This document shows positions 29,341 through 44,600 of a DNA stretch of 64,000 nt, in pieces (position 1 is the stretch's first letter; each line of letters starts with the position of its first letter). Source of the stretch: Eledone cirrhosa (taxonomy: Eukaryota); the NCBI GenBank assembly GCA_964016885.1, contig OZ024745.1, positions 65,410,001-65,474,000 on the forward strand. Direction: 5' to 3'. The notes beneath the pieces are model-generated. The model did not search any database and had not been told where the DNA came from. It worked only from the letters and a program-made list of their open reading frames with translations. A program made the translations under genes and the position numbers.

Positions 29341-32300
29341 TATTTGGGTGATCCATTTTTTATTTGGGGGATCCATTTTTTATTTGTGTGATCCATTTTT
29401 TATTTGGGTGATCCATTTTTTATTTGAGGGATCCATTTTATATTTGGGTGATCCATTTTTTATTTGGGTGATCCATTTTTTATTTGGGGGATCCATTTTT
29501 TATTTGGGGGATCCATTTTTTATTTGGGGGATCCATTTTTTATTTGGGGATCCATTTTTTATTTCGGGGATCCATTTTTTATTTGAGTGATTCATTTTTT
29601 ATTTGGGGGATCCATTTTTTATTTGGGTGATCCATTTTTTTATTTGGGGGTCCATTTTTTATTTGGGTGATCCATTTTTTATTTGGGTGATCCATTTTTT
29701 ATTTGGGTGATCCATTTTTTATTTGGGGGATCCATTTTTTATTTGGGTGATCCATTTTTTATTTGGGTGATACATTTTTTATTTGGGGGATCCATTTTTT
29801 ATTTGGGTGATCCATTTTTTATTTGGGGGATCCATTTTTTATTTGGGGGATCCATTTTTTATTTGGGTGATCCATTTTTTATTTGGGTGATCCATTTTTT
29901 ATTTGGGGGGATCCATTTTTTATTTGGGTGATAAATTTTTTATTTGGGGGATCCATTTTTTATTTGGGTGATCCATCTTTTATTTGGGGGATCCATTTTT
30001 TATTTGGGTGATCCATTTTTTATTTGGGTGATCCATTTTTTAAATGGGTGAACCATTTTTTATTTGGGGGATCCATTTTTTATTTGGGTGATCCATTTTT
30101 TAGTTGGGTGGTCCATTTTTTATATGGGTGATCCATTTTTTATTTGGGGGATCCATTTTTTATTTGGGTGATCCATTTTTTATTTGGGGATCCATTTTTT
30201 ATTTGGGTGATCCATTTTTATTTGGGGGATCCATTTTTTATTTGGAGTTTCCATTATTTATTTGGGTGATCCATTTTTTATTTGGGTGACCCATTTTTTA
30301 TTTGGGTGATTCATTTTTTATTTGGGGGATCCATTTTTTATTTGGGTGATCCATTTTTTTTATTTGGGGGTCCATTTTTTATTTGGGTGATCCATTTTTT
30401 ATTTGGGTGATCCATTTTTTAATTGGGTGATCCATTTTTATTTGGGTGATCCATTTTTTACTTGGGGATCCATTTTTTATTTGGGTGATCCATTTTTTAT
30501 TTTGCTGATTCATTTTTTATTTGGGTGATCCATTTTTTATTTGGGGGATCCATTTTTTATTTGGGTGAACCATTTTTTATTTGGGGGATCCATCTTTTAT
30601 TTGGGTGATCCATTTTTTATTTGGGTGATCCATTTTTTATTTGGGGGATCCATTTTTTATTTGGGTGATCCATTTTTTATTTGGGTGGTCCATTTTTTAT
30701 TTGGGTGATCCATTTTTTATTTGGGGGATCCATTTTTTATTTGGGTGATCCATTTTTCATTTGGGGATCCATTTTTTATTTGGGTGATCCATTTTTTATT
30801 TGGGTGATCCATTTTTTATTTGGGGGATACATTTTTTATTTGGGTGATCCATTTTTTATTTGGGGATCCATTTTTTATTTGGGTGATCCATTTTTTATTT
30901 GGGTGATCCATTTTTTATTTGGGGGATACATTTTTTATTTGGGTGATCCATTTTTTATTTGGGGGGTCCATTTTTTATTTGGGGGATCCATTTTTATTTG
31001 GGTGATCCATTTTTTATTTGGGGGATCCATTTTTTATTTGGGTGATCCCTTTTTTATTTGGGGGATCCATTTTTTATTTGGGTGATCCATTTTTTATTTG
31101 GGGGATCCATTTTTTATTTGGGGGATTCATTTTTTATTTGGGTGATCCATTTTTTATTAGGGGGATCCATTTTTTATTTGGGTGATCCATTTTTATTTGG
31201 AGATCCATTTTTTATTTAGGTGATCCATTTTATAATTGGGTGATCCATTTTTTATTTGGGGGATCCATTTTTTATTTGGAGTTTCCATTATTTATTTGGG
31301 TGATCCATTTTTTATTTGGGTGACCCATTTTTTATTTGGGTGATCCATTTTTTATTTGGGTTGATCCCTTTTTTATTTGGGGGATCCATTTTTTATTTGG
31401 GTGATCCATTTTTTATTTGGGGGATCCATTTTTTATTTGGGTGATGCATTTTTTATTTGGGTGATCCATTTTTTATTTGGGGGATCCATTTTTTATTTGG
31501 GTGATCCATTTTTTATTTGGGTGATCCATTTTTTATTTGGGGGATCCATTTTTTATTTGGGGGATCCATTTTTTATTTGGGGGATCCATTTTTTATTTGG
31601 GGGATCCATTGTTTATTTGGGTGATCCATTTTTTATTTGGGTGATCCATTTTTTATTTGGGGGATCCATTTTTTATTTGGGTGATCCATTTCTTATTTGG
31701 GTGATCCATTTTTTATTTGGGTGATCCATTTTTTATTTGTGGGATCCATTTTTTATTTGGGTGATCCATTTTTTATTTGGGGGATCCTTTTTTTATTTGG
31801 GTGATCCATTTTTTATTTGGGTGATCCATTTTTTATTTGGGGGATCCATTTTTTATTTGGGTGATCCATTTTTTATTTGGGTGATACATTTTTTATTTGG
31901 GGGATCCATTTTTTATTTGGGTGATCCATTTTTTATTTGGGGGATCCATTTTTTATTTGGGGGATCCATTTTTTATTTGGGTGATCCATTTTTTATTTGG
32001 GTGATCCATTTTTTATTTGGGGGGATCCATTTTTTATTTGGGTGATCCATTTTTTATTTGGGGGATCCATTTTTTATTTGGGTGATCCATTTTTTATTTG
32101 GGGGATCCATTTTTTATTTGGGTGATCCATTTTTTATTTGGGTGATCCATTTTTTAATTGGGTGATCCATTTTTTATTTGGGGGATCCATTTTTTATTTG
32201 GGTGATCCATTTTTTAGTTGGGTGGTCCATTTTTTATTTGGGTGATCCATTTTTTATTTGGGGGATCCATTTTTTATTTGGGTGATCCATTTTTTATTTG

Positions 32301-34850
32301 GGGATCCATTTTGTATTTGGGTGATCCATTTTTTATTTGGGTGATCCATTTTTTATTTGGGGGATCCATTTTTTATTTGGGTGATTCATTTTTTATTTGG
32401 GGGGTCCATTTTTTATTTGGGGGATCCATTTTTATTTGGGTGATCCATTTTTTATTTGGGGGATCCATTTTTTATTTGGGTGATCCATTTTTTATTTGGG
32501 TTGATCCCTTTTTTATTTGGGGGATCCATTTTTTATTTGGGTGATCCATTTTTTATTTGGAGGATCCACTTTTTATTTGGGTGATCCATTTTTTATTTGA
32601 GGGATCCATTTTATATTTGGGTGATCCATTTTTTATTTGGGGGATCCATTATTTATTTGGGTGATCCATTTTTTATTTGGGTGATCCATTTTTTATTTGG
32701 GTGATCCATTTTTTATTTGGGTGATCCATTTTTTATTTGGGTGATCCATTTTTTATTTGGGGGATCCATTTTTTATTTGTGTGATCCATTTTTTATTTGG
32801 GTGATCCATTTTTTATTTGAGGGATCCATTTTATATTTGGGTGATCCATTTTTTATTTGGGTGATCCATTTTTTATTTGGGGGATCCATTTTTTATTTGG
32901 GGGATCCATTTTTTATTTGGGGGATCCATTTTTTATTTGGGGATCCATTTTTTATTTCGGGGATCCATTTTTTATTTGAGTGATTCATTTTTTATTTGGG
33001 GGATCCATTTTTTATTTGGGTGATCCATTTTTTTATTTGGGGGTCCATTTTTTATTTGGGTGATCCATTTTTTATTTGGGTGATCCATTTTTTATTTGGG
33101 TGATCCATTTTTTATTTGGGGGATCCATTTTTTATTTGGGTGATCCATTTTTTATTTGGGTGATACATTTTTTATTTGGGGGATCCATTTTTTATTTGGG
33201 TGATCCATTTTTTATTTGGGGGATCCATTTTTTATTTGGGGGATCCATTTTTTATTTGGGTGATCCATTTTTTATTTGGGTGATCCATTTTTTATTTGGG
33301 GGGATCCATTTTTTATTTGGGTGATAAATTTTTTATTTGGGGGATCCATTTTTTATTTGGGTGATCCATCTTTTATTTGGGGGATCCATTTTTTATTTGG
33401 GTGATCCATTTTTTATTTGGGTGATCCATTTTTTAAATGGGTGAACCATTTTTTATTTGGGGGATCCATTTTTTATTTGGGTGATCCATTTTTTAGTTGG
33501 GTGGTCCATTTTTTATATGGGTGATCCATTTTTTATTTGGGGGATCCATTTTTTATTTGGGTGATCCATTTTTTATTTGGGGATCCATTTTTTATTTGGG
33601 TGATCCATTTTTATTTGGGGGATCCATTTTTTATTTGGAGTTTCCATTATTTATTTGGGTGATCCATTTTTTATTTGGGTGACCCATTTTTTATTTGGGT
33701 GATTCATTTTTTATTTGGGGGATCCATTTTTTATTTGGGTGATCCATTTTTTTTATTTGGGGGTCCATTTTTTATTTGGGTGATCCATTTTTTATTTGGG
33801 TGATCCATTTTTTAATTGGGTGATCCATTTTTATTTGGGTGATCCATTTTTTACTTGGGGATCCATTTTTTATTTGGGTGATCCATTTTTTATTTTGCTG
33901 ATTCATTTTTTATTTGGGTGATCCATTTTTTATTTGGGGGATCCATTTTTTATTTGGGTGAACCATTTTTTATTTGGGGGATCCATCTTTTATTTGGGTG
34001 ATCCATTTTTTATTTGGGTGATCCATTTTTTATTTGGGGGATCCATTTTTTATTTGGGTGATCCATTTTTTATTTGGGTGGTCCATTTTTTATTTGGGTG
34101 ATCCATTTTTTATTTGGGGGATCCATTTTTTATTTGGGTGATCCATTTTTCATTTGGGGATCCATTTTTTATTTGGGTGATCCATTTTTTATTTGGGTGA
34201 TCCATTTTTTATTTGGGGGATACATTTTTTATTTGGGTGATCCATTTTTTATTTGGGGATCCATTTTTTATTTGGGTGATCCATTTTTTATTTGGGTGAT
34301 CCATTTTTTATTTGGGGGATACATTTTTTATTTGGGTGATCCATTTTTTATTTGGGGGGTCCATTTTTTATTTGGGGGATCCATTTTTATTTGGGTGATC
34401 CATTTTTTATTTGGGGGATCCATTTTTTATTTGGGTGATCCCTTTTTTATTTGGGGGATCCATTTTTTATTTGGGTGATCCATTTTTTATTTGGGGGATC
34501 CATTTTTTATTTGGGGGATTCATTTTTTATTTGGGTGATCCATTTTTTATTAGGGGGATCCATTTTTTATTTGGGTGATCCATTTTTATTTGGAGATCCA
34601 TTTTTTATTTAGGTGATCCATTTTATAATTGGGTGATCCATTTTTTATTTGGGGGATCCATTTTTTATTTGGAGTTTCCATTATTTATTTGGGTGATCCA
34701 TTTTTTATTTGGGTGACCCATTTTTTATTTGGGTGATCCATTTTTTATTTGGGTTGATCCCTTTTTTATTTGGGGGATCCATTTTTTATTTGGGTGATCC
34801 ATTTTTTATTTGGGGGATCCATTTTTTATTTGGGTGATGCATTTTTTATT
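28060..34850 (+). repeat. Tandem segmental duplication, 3393-bp unit, 2 copies
   Basis: ORF pairs 28344/31737, 28825/32218, 29324/32717, 29683/33076, 30104/33497 and 30681/34074 are offset by 3393. Rare variants: GATAAA (~29930/33323), GGAGTTTCC (~30244/33637 and ~31278/34671), GATGC (31446/34839). Confidence 0.92.
30760..30960 (+). repeat. 99-bp (5-monomer) local tandem duplication, also copied at ~34155-34355
   Basis: The GATAC variant occurs at 30830 and 30929. ORF 30681 is 33 aa (99 bp) longer than its homolog at 1045. Confidence 0.8.
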
Positions 34851-35329
34851 TGAGGGATCCATTTTATATTTGGGTGATCCATTTTTTATTTGGGGGATCC
34901 ATTATTTATTTGGGTGATCCATTTTTTATTTGGGTGATCCATTTTTTATTTGGGTGATCCATTTTTTATTTGGGTGATCCATTTTTTATTTGGGTTATCC
35001 ATTTTTTATTTGGGGGATCCATTTTTTATTTGGGTGATCCATTTTTTATTTGGGTGATCCATTTTTTATTTGAGGGATCCATTTTATATTTGGGTGATCC
35101 ATTTTTTATTTGGGTGATACATTTTTTATTTGGGGGATCCATTTTTTATTTGGGGGATCCATTTTTTATTTGGGGGAACCATTTTTTATTTGGGGGATCC
35201 ATTTTTTATTTCGGGGATCCATTTTTTATTTGGGTGATTCATTTTTTATTTGGGGGATTCATTTTTTATTTGGGTGATCCATTTTTTTTATTTGGGGGTC
35301 CATTTTTTATTTGGGTGATCCATTTTTTA

Positions 35330-38300
35330 TTTGGGTGATCCATTTTTTAATTGGGTGATCCATTTTTATTTGGGTGATCCATTTTTTACTTGGGGGATCC
35401 ATTTTTTATTTGGGTGATCCATTTTTTATTTTGCTGATTCATTTTTTATTTGGGTGATCCATTTTTTATTTGGGGGATCCATTTTTTATTTGGGTGAACC
35501 ATTTTTTATTTGGGGGATCCATTTTTTATTTGGGTGATCCATTTTTTATTTGGGGATCCATTTTTTATTTGGGTGATCCATTTTTTATTTGGGGGATCCA
35601 TTTTTTATTTGGGTGATCCATTTTTTATTTGGGGATCCATTTTTTATTTGGGTGATCCATTTTTTATTTGGGTGATCCATTTTTTATTTGGGGGATACAT
35701 TTTTTATTTGGGTGATCCATTTTTTATTTGGGGGGTCCATTTTTTATTTGGGGGATACATTTTTATTTGGGTGATCCATTTTTTATTTGGGGGATCCATT
35801 TTTTATTTGGGTGACCCCTTTTTTATTTGGGGGATCCATTTTTTATTTGGGTGATCCATTTTTTATTTGGGGGATCCATTTTTTATTTGGGGGATTCATT
35901 TTTTATTTGGGTGATCCATTTTTTATTAGGGGGATCCATTTTTTATTTGGGTGATCCATTTTTATTTGGAGATCCATTTTTTATTTAGGTGATCCATTTT
36001 ATAATTGGGTGATCCATTTTTTATTTGGGGGATCCATTTTTTATTTGGAGGATCCATTATTTATTTGGGTGATCCATTTTTTATTTGGGTGATCCATTTT
36101 TTATTTGGGTGATCCATTTTTTATTTGGGGGATCCATTTTTTATTTGGGTGATCCATTTTTTATTTGGGGGATCCATTTTTTATTTGGGTGATCCATTTT
36201 TTATTTGGGGGATCCATTTTTTATTTCGGGGATCCATTTTTTATTTGGGTGACTCATTTTTTATTTGGGGGATCCATTTTTTATTTGGGTGATCCATTTT
36301 TTTTATTTGGGGGTCCATTTTTTATTTGGGTGATCCATTTTTTATTTGTGGGATCCATTTTTTATTTGGGGGATCCATTTTTTATTTTGGGTGATCCATT
36401 TTTTATTAAGGGGATCCATTTTTTATTTGGGTGATCCATTTTTTATTTGTGGGATCCATTTTTTATTTGGGGGATCCATTTTTTATTTTGGGTGATCCAT
36501 TTTTTATTAAGGGGATCCATTTTTTATTTGGGTGATCTATTTTAATTTGTAGATCCATTTTTTATTTGGGTGATCCATTTTTTAATTGGATGATCCATTT
36601 TTTATTTGGGGGATCCATTTTTTATTTGGGGGATCCTTTTTTTATTTGGGTGATCCATTTTTTATTTGGGTGATCCATTTTTTATTTGGGGGATCCATTT
36701 TTTATTTGGGTGATCCATTTTTTATTTGGGTGATACATTTTTTATTTGGGGGATCCATTTTTTATTTGGGTGATCCATTTTTTATTTGGGGGATCCATTT
36801 TTTATTTGGGGGATCCATTTTTTATTTGGGGGATCCATTTTTTATTTGTGTGATCCATTTTTTATTTGGGTGATCCATTTTTTAATTGGGTGATCCATTT
36901 TTTATTTGGGGGATCCATTTTTTATTTGGGTGATCCATTTTTTAGTTGGGTGGTCCATTTTTTATTTGGGTGATCCATTTTTTATTTGGGGGATCCATTT
37001 TTTATTTGGGTGATCCATTTTTTATTTGGGGATCCATTTTTTATTTGGGTGATCCATTTTTTAATTGGGTGATCCATTTTTATTTGGGTGATCCATTTTT
37101 TACTTGGGGGATCCATTTTTTATTTGGGTGATCCATTTTTTATTTTGCTGATTCATTTTTTATTTGGGTGATCCATTTTTTATTTGGGGGATCCATTTTT
37201 TATTTGGGTGAACCATTTTTTATTTGGGGGATCCATTTTTTATTTGGGTGATCCATTTTTTATTTGGGGATCCATTTTTTATTTGGGTGATCCATTTTTT
37301 ATTTGGGGGATCCATTTTTTATTTGGGTGATCCATTTTTTATTTGGGGATCCATTTTTTATTTGGGTGATCCATTTTTTATTTGGGTGATCCATTTTTTA
37401 TTTGGGGGATACATTTTTTATTTGGGTGATCCATTTTTTATTTGGGGGGTCCATTTTTTATTTGGGGGATACATTTTTATTTGGGTGATCCATTTTTTAT
37501 TTGGGGGATCCATTTTTTATTTGGGTGACCCCTTTTTTATTTGGGGGATCCATTTTTTATTTGGGTGATCCATTTTTTATTTGGGGGATCCATTTTTTAT
37601 TTGGGGGATTCATTTTTTATTTGGGTGATCCATTTTTTATTAGGGGGATCCATTTTTTATTTGGGTGATCCATTTTTATTTGGAGATCCATTTTTTATTT
37701 AGGTGATCCATTTTATAATTGGGTGATCCATTTTTTATTTGGGGGATCCATTTTTTATTTGGAGGATCCATTATTTATTTGGGTGATCCATTTTTTATTT
37801 GGGTGATCCATTTTTTATTTGGGTGATCCATTTTTTATTTGGGGGATCCATTTTTTATTTGGGTGATCCATTTTTTATTTGGGGGATCCATTTTTTATTT
37901 GGGTGATCCATTTTTTATTTGGGGGATCCATTTTTTATTTCGGGGATCCATTTTTTATTTGGGTGACTCATTTTTTATTTGGGGGATCCATTTTTTATTT
38001 GGGTGATCCATTTTTTTTATTTGGGGGTCCATTTTTTATTTGGGTGATCCATTTTTTATTTGTGGGATCCATTTTTTATTTGGGGGATCCATTTTTTATT
38101 TTGGGTGATCCATTTTTTATTAAGGGGATCCATTTTTTATTTGGGTGATCTATTTTAATTTGTAGATCCATTTTTTATTTGGGTGATCCATTTTTTAATT
38201 GGATGATCCATTTTTTATTTGGGGGATCCATTTTTTATTTGGGGGATCCTTTTTTTATTTGGGTGATCCATTTTTTATTTGGGTGATCCATTTTTTATTT

Positions 38301-38665
38301 GGGGGATCCATTTTTTATTTGGGTGATCCATTTTTTATTTGGGTGATACATTTTTTATTTGGGGGATCCATTTTTTATTTGGGTGATCCATTTTTTATTT
38401 GGGGGATCCATTTTTTATTTGGGGGATCCATTTTTTATTTGGGGGATCCATTTTTTATTTGTGTGATCCATTTTTTATTTGGGTGATCCATTTTTTAATT
38501 GGGTGATCCATTTTTTATTTGGGGGATCCATTTTTTATTTGGGTGATCCATTTTTTAGTTGGGTGGTCCATTTTTTATTTGGGTGATCCATTTTTTATTT
38601 GGGGGATCCATTTTTTATTTGGGTGATCCATTTTTTATTTGGGGATCCATTTTTTATTTGGGTGA
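35330..38665 (+). repeat. Tandem segmental duplication, 1714/1613-bp unit; first copy has an extra 101-bp internal repeat
   Basis: Offsets are 1714 (35510/37224, 36165/37879), then 1613 (36586/38199, 36946/38559). The TGTGGG...TTAAGGGG block occurs twice at ~36348 and ~36449 but once at ~38062. Confidence 0.88.
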
Positions 38666-41600
38666 TCCATTTTTTATTTGGGTGATCCATTTTTTATTTG
38701 GGGGATCCATTTTTTATTTGGGTGATTCATTTTTTATTTGGGGGGTCCATTTTTTATTTGGGGGATCCATTTTTATTTGGGTGATCCATTTTTTATTTGG
38801 GGGATCCATTTTTTATTTGGGTGATCCATTTTTTATTTGGGTTGATCCCTTTTTTATTTGGGGGATCCATTTTTTATTTGGGTGATCCATTTTTTATTTG
38901 GGGGATCCATTTTTTATTTGGGGGATCCATTTTTTATTTGGGTGATCCATTTTTTATTAGGGTGGATCCATTTTTTATTTGGGTGATCCATTTTTATTTG
39001 GAGATCCATTTTTTATTTAGGTGATCCATTTTATAATTGGGTGATCCATTTTTTATTTGGGGGATCCATTTTTTATTTGGGGGATCCATTATTTATTTGG
39101 GTGATCCATTTTTTATTTGGGTGATCCATTTTTTATTTGGGTGATCCATTTTTTATTTGGGTGATCCATTTTTTATTTGGGGGATCCATTTTTTATTTGG
39201 GTGATCCATTTTTTATTTGGGTGATCCATTTTTTATTTGAGGGATCCATTTTATATTTGGGTGATCCATTTTTTATTTGGGTGATCCATTTTTTATTTGG
39301 GGGATCCATTTTTTATTTGGGGGATACATTTTTTATTTAGGGGATCCATTTTTTATTTGGGTGATCCATTTTTTATTTGGGTGATCCATTTTTTATTTGG
39401 GGGATCCATTTTTTATTTGGGTGATCCATTTTTTATTTGGGGGATCCATTTTTTATTTCGGGGATCCATTTTTTATTTGGGTGATTCATTTTTTATTTGG
39501 GGGATCCATTTTTTATTTGGGTGATCCATTTTTTATTTGGGGGATCCATTTTTTATTTGGGTCATACATTTTTTATTTGGGGGATCCATTTTTTATTTGG
39601 GGGATCCATTTTTTATTTTGGGTGATCCATTTTTTATTAGGGGGATCCATTTTTTATTTGGGTGATCCATTTTTATTTGTAGATCCATTTTTTATTTGGG
39701 TGATCCATTTTTTAATTGGATGATCCATTTTTTATTTGGGGGGATCCATTTTTTATTTGGGGGATCCATTATTTATTTGGGTGATCCATTTTTTATTTGG
39801 GTGATCCATTTTTTATTTGGGGGATCCATTTTTTATTTGGGTGATCCATTTTTTATTTGGGTGATCCATTTTTTAATTGGGGGATCCATTTTTTATTTAG
39901 TTGATCCATTTTTTAATTGGGTGATCCATTTTTTATTTGGGGGATCCATTTTTTATTTGGGGGATCCATTTTTTATTTGGGGGATCCATTGTTTATTTGG
40001 GTGATCCATTTTTTATTTGGGGGATCCATTTTTTATTTGGGTGATCCATTTTTTATGTGGGTGATCCATTTTTTATTTGGGTGATCCATTTTTTATTTGT
40101 GGGATCCATTTTTTATTTGTGGGATCCATTTTTTATTTGGGGGATACTTTTTTAATTTGGGTGATCCACTTTTTATTTGGGTGATCCATTTTTTATTTGG
40201 GGGATCCATTTTTATTTGGGTGATCCATTTTTTATTTGGGTGATACATTTTTTATTTGGGGGATCCATTTTTTATTTGGGTGATCCATTTTTTATTTGGG
40301 GGATCCATTTTTTATTTGGGTGATCCATTTTTTATTTGTGTGATCCATTTTTTATTTGGGTGATCCATTTTTTATTTGGGGGGATCCATTTTTAATTTGG
40401 GTGATCCATTTTTTATTTGGGGGATCCATTTTTTATTTGGGTGATCCATTTTTTATTTGGGGAATCCATTTTTTATTTGGGTGATCCATTTTTTATTTCG
40501 GTGATCCATTTTTTAATTGGGTGATCCATTTTTTATTTGGGGGATCCATTTTTTATTTGGGTGATCCATTTTTTATTTGGGTGGTCCATTTTTTATTTGG
40601 GTGATCCATTTTTTATTTGGGGGATCCATTTTTTATTTGGGTGATCCATTTTTTATTTGGGGATCCATGTTTTATTTGGGTGATCCATCTTTTATTTGGG
40701 TGATCCATTTTTTATTTGGGGGATCCATTTTTTATTTGGGGGGTCCATTTTTTATTTGGGGGATCCATTTTTATTTGGGGGATCCATTTTTTATTTGGGT
40801 GATCCATTTTTTATTTGGGTTGATCCCTTTTTTATTTGGGGGATCCATTTTTTATTTGGGTGATCCATTTTTTATTTGGGGGATCCATTTTTTATTTGGG
40901 GGATCCATTTTTTATTTGGGTAATCCATTTTTTATTAGGGGGATCCATTTTTTATTTGGGTGACCCATTTTTATTTGGAGATCCATTTTTTATTTAGGTG
41001 ATCCATTTTATAATTGGGTGATCCATTTTTTATTTGGGGGATCCATTTTTTATTTGGGGGATCCATTATTTATTTGGGTGATCCATTTTTTATTTGGGTG
41101 ATCCATTTTTTATTTGGGTGATCCATTTTTTATTTGGGTGATCCATTTTTTATTTGGGTGATCCATTTTTTATTTGGGGGATCCATTTTTTATTTGGGTG
41201 ATCCATATTTTATTTGGGTGATCCATTTTTTATTTGAGGGATCCATTTTATATTTGGGTGATCCATTTTTTATTTGGGTGATCCATTTTTTATTTGGGGG
41301 ATCCATTTTTTATTTGGGTGATCCATTTTTTATTTGGGGGATCCTTTTTTTATTTGGGTGATCCATTTTTTATTTGGGGGATCCATTTTTTTATTTGGGT
41401 GATCCATTTTTTATTTGGGGGATCCATTTTTTATTTGGGGGATCCATTTTTTATTTGGGGGATCCTTTTTTATTTGGGTGATCCATTTTTTATTTGGGTG
41501 ATCCATTTTTTATTTGGTGGATCCATTTTTTATTTGGGTGATCCATTATTTATTTGGGGGATCCATTTTTTATTTGGGGGATTCATTTTTTATTTGGGTG

Positions 41601-44600
41601 ATCCATTTTTTATTAGGGGGATCCATTTTTTATTTGGGTGATCCATTTTTATTTGGAGATCCATTTTTTATTTAGGTGATCCATTTTATAATTGGGTGAT
41701 CCATTTTTTATTTGGGGGATCCATTTTTTATTTGGAGGATCCATTATTTATTTGGGTGATCCATTTTTTATTTGGGTGATCCATTTTTTATTTGGGTGAT
41801 CCATTTTTTATTTGGGGGATCCATTTTTTATTTGGGTGATCCATTTTTTATTTGGGGGATCCATTTTTTATTTGGGTGATCCATTTTTTATTTGGGGGAT
41901 CCATTTTTTATTTCGGGGATCCATTTTTTATTTGGGTGACTCATTTTTTATTTGGGGGATCCATTTTTTATTTGGGTGATCCATTTTTTTTATTTGGGGG
42001 TCCATTTTTTATTTGGGTGATCCATTTTTTATTTGTGGGATCCATTTTTTATTTGGGGGATCCATTTTTTATTTTGGGTGATCCATTTTTTATTAAGGGG
42101 ATCCATTTTTTATTTGGGTGATCTATTTTAATTTGTAGATCCATTTTTTATTTGGGTGATCCATTTTTTAATTGGATGATCCATTTTTTATTTGGGGGAT
42201 CCATTTTTTATTTGGGGGATCCTTTTTTTATTTGGGTGATCCATTTTTTATTTGGGTGATCCATTTTTTATTTGGGGGATCCATTTTTTATTTGGGTGAT
42301 CCATTTTTTATTTGGGTGATACATTTTTTATTTGGGGGATCCATTTTTTATTTGGGTGATCCATTTTTTATTTGGGGGATCCATTTTTTATTTGGGGGAT
42401 CCATTTTTTATTTGGGGGATCCATTTTTTATTTGTGTGATCCATTTTTTATTTGGGTGATCCATTTTTTAATTGGGTGATCCATTTTTTATTTGGGGGAT
42501 CCATTTTTTATTTGGGTGATCCATTTTTTAGTTGGGTGGTCCATTTTTTATTTGGGTGATCCATTTTTTATTTGGGGGATCCATTTTTTATTTGGGTGAT
42601 CCATTTTTTATTTGGGGATCCATTTTTTATTTGGGTGATCCATTTTTTATTTGGGTGATCCATTTTTTATTTGGGGGATCCATTTTTTATTTGGGTGATT
42701 CATTTTTTATTTGGGGGGTCCATTTTTTATTTGGGGGATCCATTTTTATTTGGGTGATCCATTTTTTATTTGGGGGATCCATTTTTTATTTGGGTGATCC
42801 ATTTTTTATTTGGGTTGATCCCTTTTTTATTTGGGGGATCCATTTTTTATTTGGGTGATCCATTTTTTATTTGGGGGATCCATTTTTTATTTGGGGGATC
42901 CATTTTTTATTTGGGTGATCCATTTTTTATTAGGGTGGATCCATTTTTTATTTGGGTGATCCATTTTTATTTGGAGATCCATTTTTTATTTAGGTGATCC
43001 ATTTTATAATTGGGTGATCCATTTTTTATTTGGGGGATCCATTTTTTATTTGGGGGATCCATTATTTATTTGGGTGATCCATTTTTTATTTGGGTGATCC
43101 ATTTTTTATTTGGGTGATCCATTTTTTATTTGGGTGATCCATTTTTTATTTGGGGGATCCATTTTTTATTTGGGTGATCCATTTTTTATTTGGGTGATCC
43201 ATTTTTTATTTGAGGGATCCATTTTATATTTGGGTGATCCATTTTTTATTTGGGTGATCCATTTTTTATTTGGGGGATCCATTTTTTATTTGGGGGATAC
43301 ATTTTTTATTTAGGGGATCCATTTTTTATTTGGGTGATCCATTTTTTATTTGGGTGATCCATTTTTTATTTGGGGGATCCATTTTTTATTTGGGTGATCC
43401 ATTTTTTATTTGGGGGATCCATTTTTTATTTCGGGGATCCATTTTTTATTTGGGTGATTCATTTTTTATTTGGGGGATCCATTTTTTATTTGGGTGATCC
43501 ATTTTTTATTTGGGGGATCCATTTTTTATTTGGGTCATACATTTTTTATTTGGGGGATCCATTTTTTATTTGGGGGATCCATTTTTTATTTTGGGTGATC
43601 CATTTTTTATTAGGGGGATCCATTTTTTATTTGGGTGATCCATTTTTATTTGTAGATCCATTTTTTATTTGGGTGATCCATTTTTTAATTGGATGATCCA
43701 TTTTTTATTTGGGGGGATCCATTTTTTATTTGGGGGATCCATTATTTATTTGGGTGATCCATTTTTTATTTGGGTGATCCATTTTTTATTTGGGGGATCC
43801 ATTTTTTATTTGGGTGATCCATTTTTTATTTGGGTGATCCATTTTTTAATTGGGGGATCCATTTTTTATTTAGTTGATCCATTTTTTAATTGGGTGATCC
43901 ATTTTTTATTTGGGGGATCCATTTTTTATTTGGGGGATCCATTTTTTATTTGGGGGATCCATTGTTTATTTGGGTGATCCATTTTTTATTTGGGGGATCC
44001 ATTTTTTATTTGGGTGATCCATTTTTTATGTGGGTGATCCATTTTTTATTTGGGTGATCCATTTTTTATTTGTGGGATCCATTTTTTATTTGTGGGATCC
44101 ATTTTTTATTTGGGGGATACTTTTTTAATTTGGGTGATCCACTTTTTATTTGGGTGATCCATTTTTTATTTGGGGGATCCATTTTTATTTGGGTGATCCA
44201 TTTTTTATTTGGGTGATACATTTTTTATTTGGGGGATCCATTTTTTATTTGGGTGATCCATTTTTTATTTGGGGGATCCATTTTTTATTTGGGTGATCCA
44301 TTTTTTATTTGTGTGATCCATTTTTTATTTGGGTGATCCATTTTTTATTTGGGGGGATCCATTTTTAATTTGGGTGATCCATTTTTTATTTGGGGGATCC
44401 ATTTTTTATTTGGGTGATCCATTTTTTATTTGGGGAATCCATTTTTTATTTGGGTGATCCATTTTTTATTTCGGTGATCCATTTTTTAATTGGGTGATCC
44501 ATTTTTTATTTGGGGGATCCATTTTTTATTTGGGTGATCCATTTTTTATTTGGGTGGTCCATTTTTTATTTGGGTGATCCATTTTTTATTTGGGGGATCC

